Shown here: positions 63,501 through 64,000 of the stretch, piece after piece | Numbering within the stretch: position 1 is the stretch's first letter | Layout: each line of letters opens with the position of its first letter | Assembly: GCA_963797555.1 (NCBI GenBank) | Contig: CAWCPV010000003.1 | Span: forward strand, 544,001-608,000 | Source of the DNA: an uncultured Gammaproteobacteria bacterium | Lineage (GTDB): Bacteria; Pseudomonadota; Gammaproteobacteria; CAWCPV01 | DNA: 64,000 nt | Reading direction: 5' to 3' | The notes under the pieces: generated by a model | Database searches by the model: none | The model's input: only the letters and a program-made list of their open reading frames with translations | What the model was told of the DNA's origin: nothing | Made by a program: the position numbers and the translations under genes

Positions 63501-64000
63501 GGGAATCGGCGGCGCGATGTCGTAGTTCGCCGGGACCAAGCCGTCGAAATGGCCCCACTGGTCGGTGTAGAACCGGGCGACCTCCGTCCCCTTCCAGTCC
63601 TTGATGGCGACCGGCAGGTAGGGCACCGCGAGGTTGCCGCTGGCGTTGGGGCTGTCCGGCCTGAACTCGAGCGCCAAGTCGTTCCAGACCGTACCCCAGA
63701 TGCGGGCCGCCTTGGGGACGAACGTGAACAGGTTGAAGTCGGTGGTGCCGTCGTCGCCGGGGTTCAGCGAGACTTCCTTCATGTTGCAGCCGGCGGCCTG
63801 TAAGCCCGGTACCCAGGGACCCAGGTCGCTCACGCTGGTGTCGGTCTCCACCATCTGGTCCGGGAACAGCGTGTGGTACTGCGGCACGTCGTAAAGCGGG
63901 CCCACGCAGTCCGGCAGCTCCTTCAGGAACGGGATCTTCGGATCCCCGAACTCGATGTTGCGGTCGCCCCACGAGACGACCTTGTAACCCGCCGGCGGGA
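60593..64000 (-). CDS. Very large secreted protein with IPT/TIG, right-handed beta-helix and Ig-like domains (5' end outside window; several frameshifts)
   Basis: GHGFGAAQGSGTVTVGG (IPT); VQPAIDAA, YQENV, IDGLTITG, GGGI/NN repeats (beta-helix); IDIGAD; split across ORFs 62661-63905, 61603-62916 and 60593-61355. Confidence 0.75.

Noticed and set aside
1-64000. CRISPR array, rRNA, tRNA, complete group II intron or reverse transcriptase, integron integrase
   Set aside because: None seen: no regularly spaced repeats, no YADD-type RT and no intI ORF

Overview
GC-rich bacterial DNA, probably a proteobacterium; many single-base frameshifts suggest a long-read assembly. Left to right: (i) 0.4-5.2 kb, a mobile patch with duplicated IS91/ISCR-type ends around a VOC gene and an oxidoreductase fragment, an integrase remnant and a cassette-like ORF; (ii) a ZnuABC-type transporter, a GH17 glucanase and a Zn alcohol dehydrogenase; (iii) a 12-kb defence island (10.6-22.6 kb) with two MTase + PD-(D/E)xK nuclease pairs, two attC-bounded cassettes (Zn-ribbon+WYL, HEPN/AbiU2-like), Phd-VapC, an orphan Dam-like MTase and HicBA; (iv) class II ribonucleotide reductase nrdJa (two inteins, NrdR boxes) with nrdJb; (v) housekeeping and envelope genes (radical SAM, hemerythrin, MacAB-like ABC, HPP, LemA/TPM, cyanase, MprF/AcvB); (vi) an IS graveyard (RAYT, IS110, IS200) containing a cassette bracketed by two inward-facing group II intron 3'-end-like sequences; (vii) 48-64 kb, a minus-strand extracytoplasmic redox cluster with a giant beta-helix/IPT protein, three two-domain multicopper-oxidase paralogues whose copper ligands are split between subunits, an S8 protease, SCO, a cytochrome c-PBP fusion, a Cyc2-like cytochrome-porin and a small cytochrome c. 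The best candidates for undescribed biology are the split heteromeric MCO/Cyc2 locus and the intron-end-flanked cassettes. All calls come from motif recognition by eye; no searches were run.
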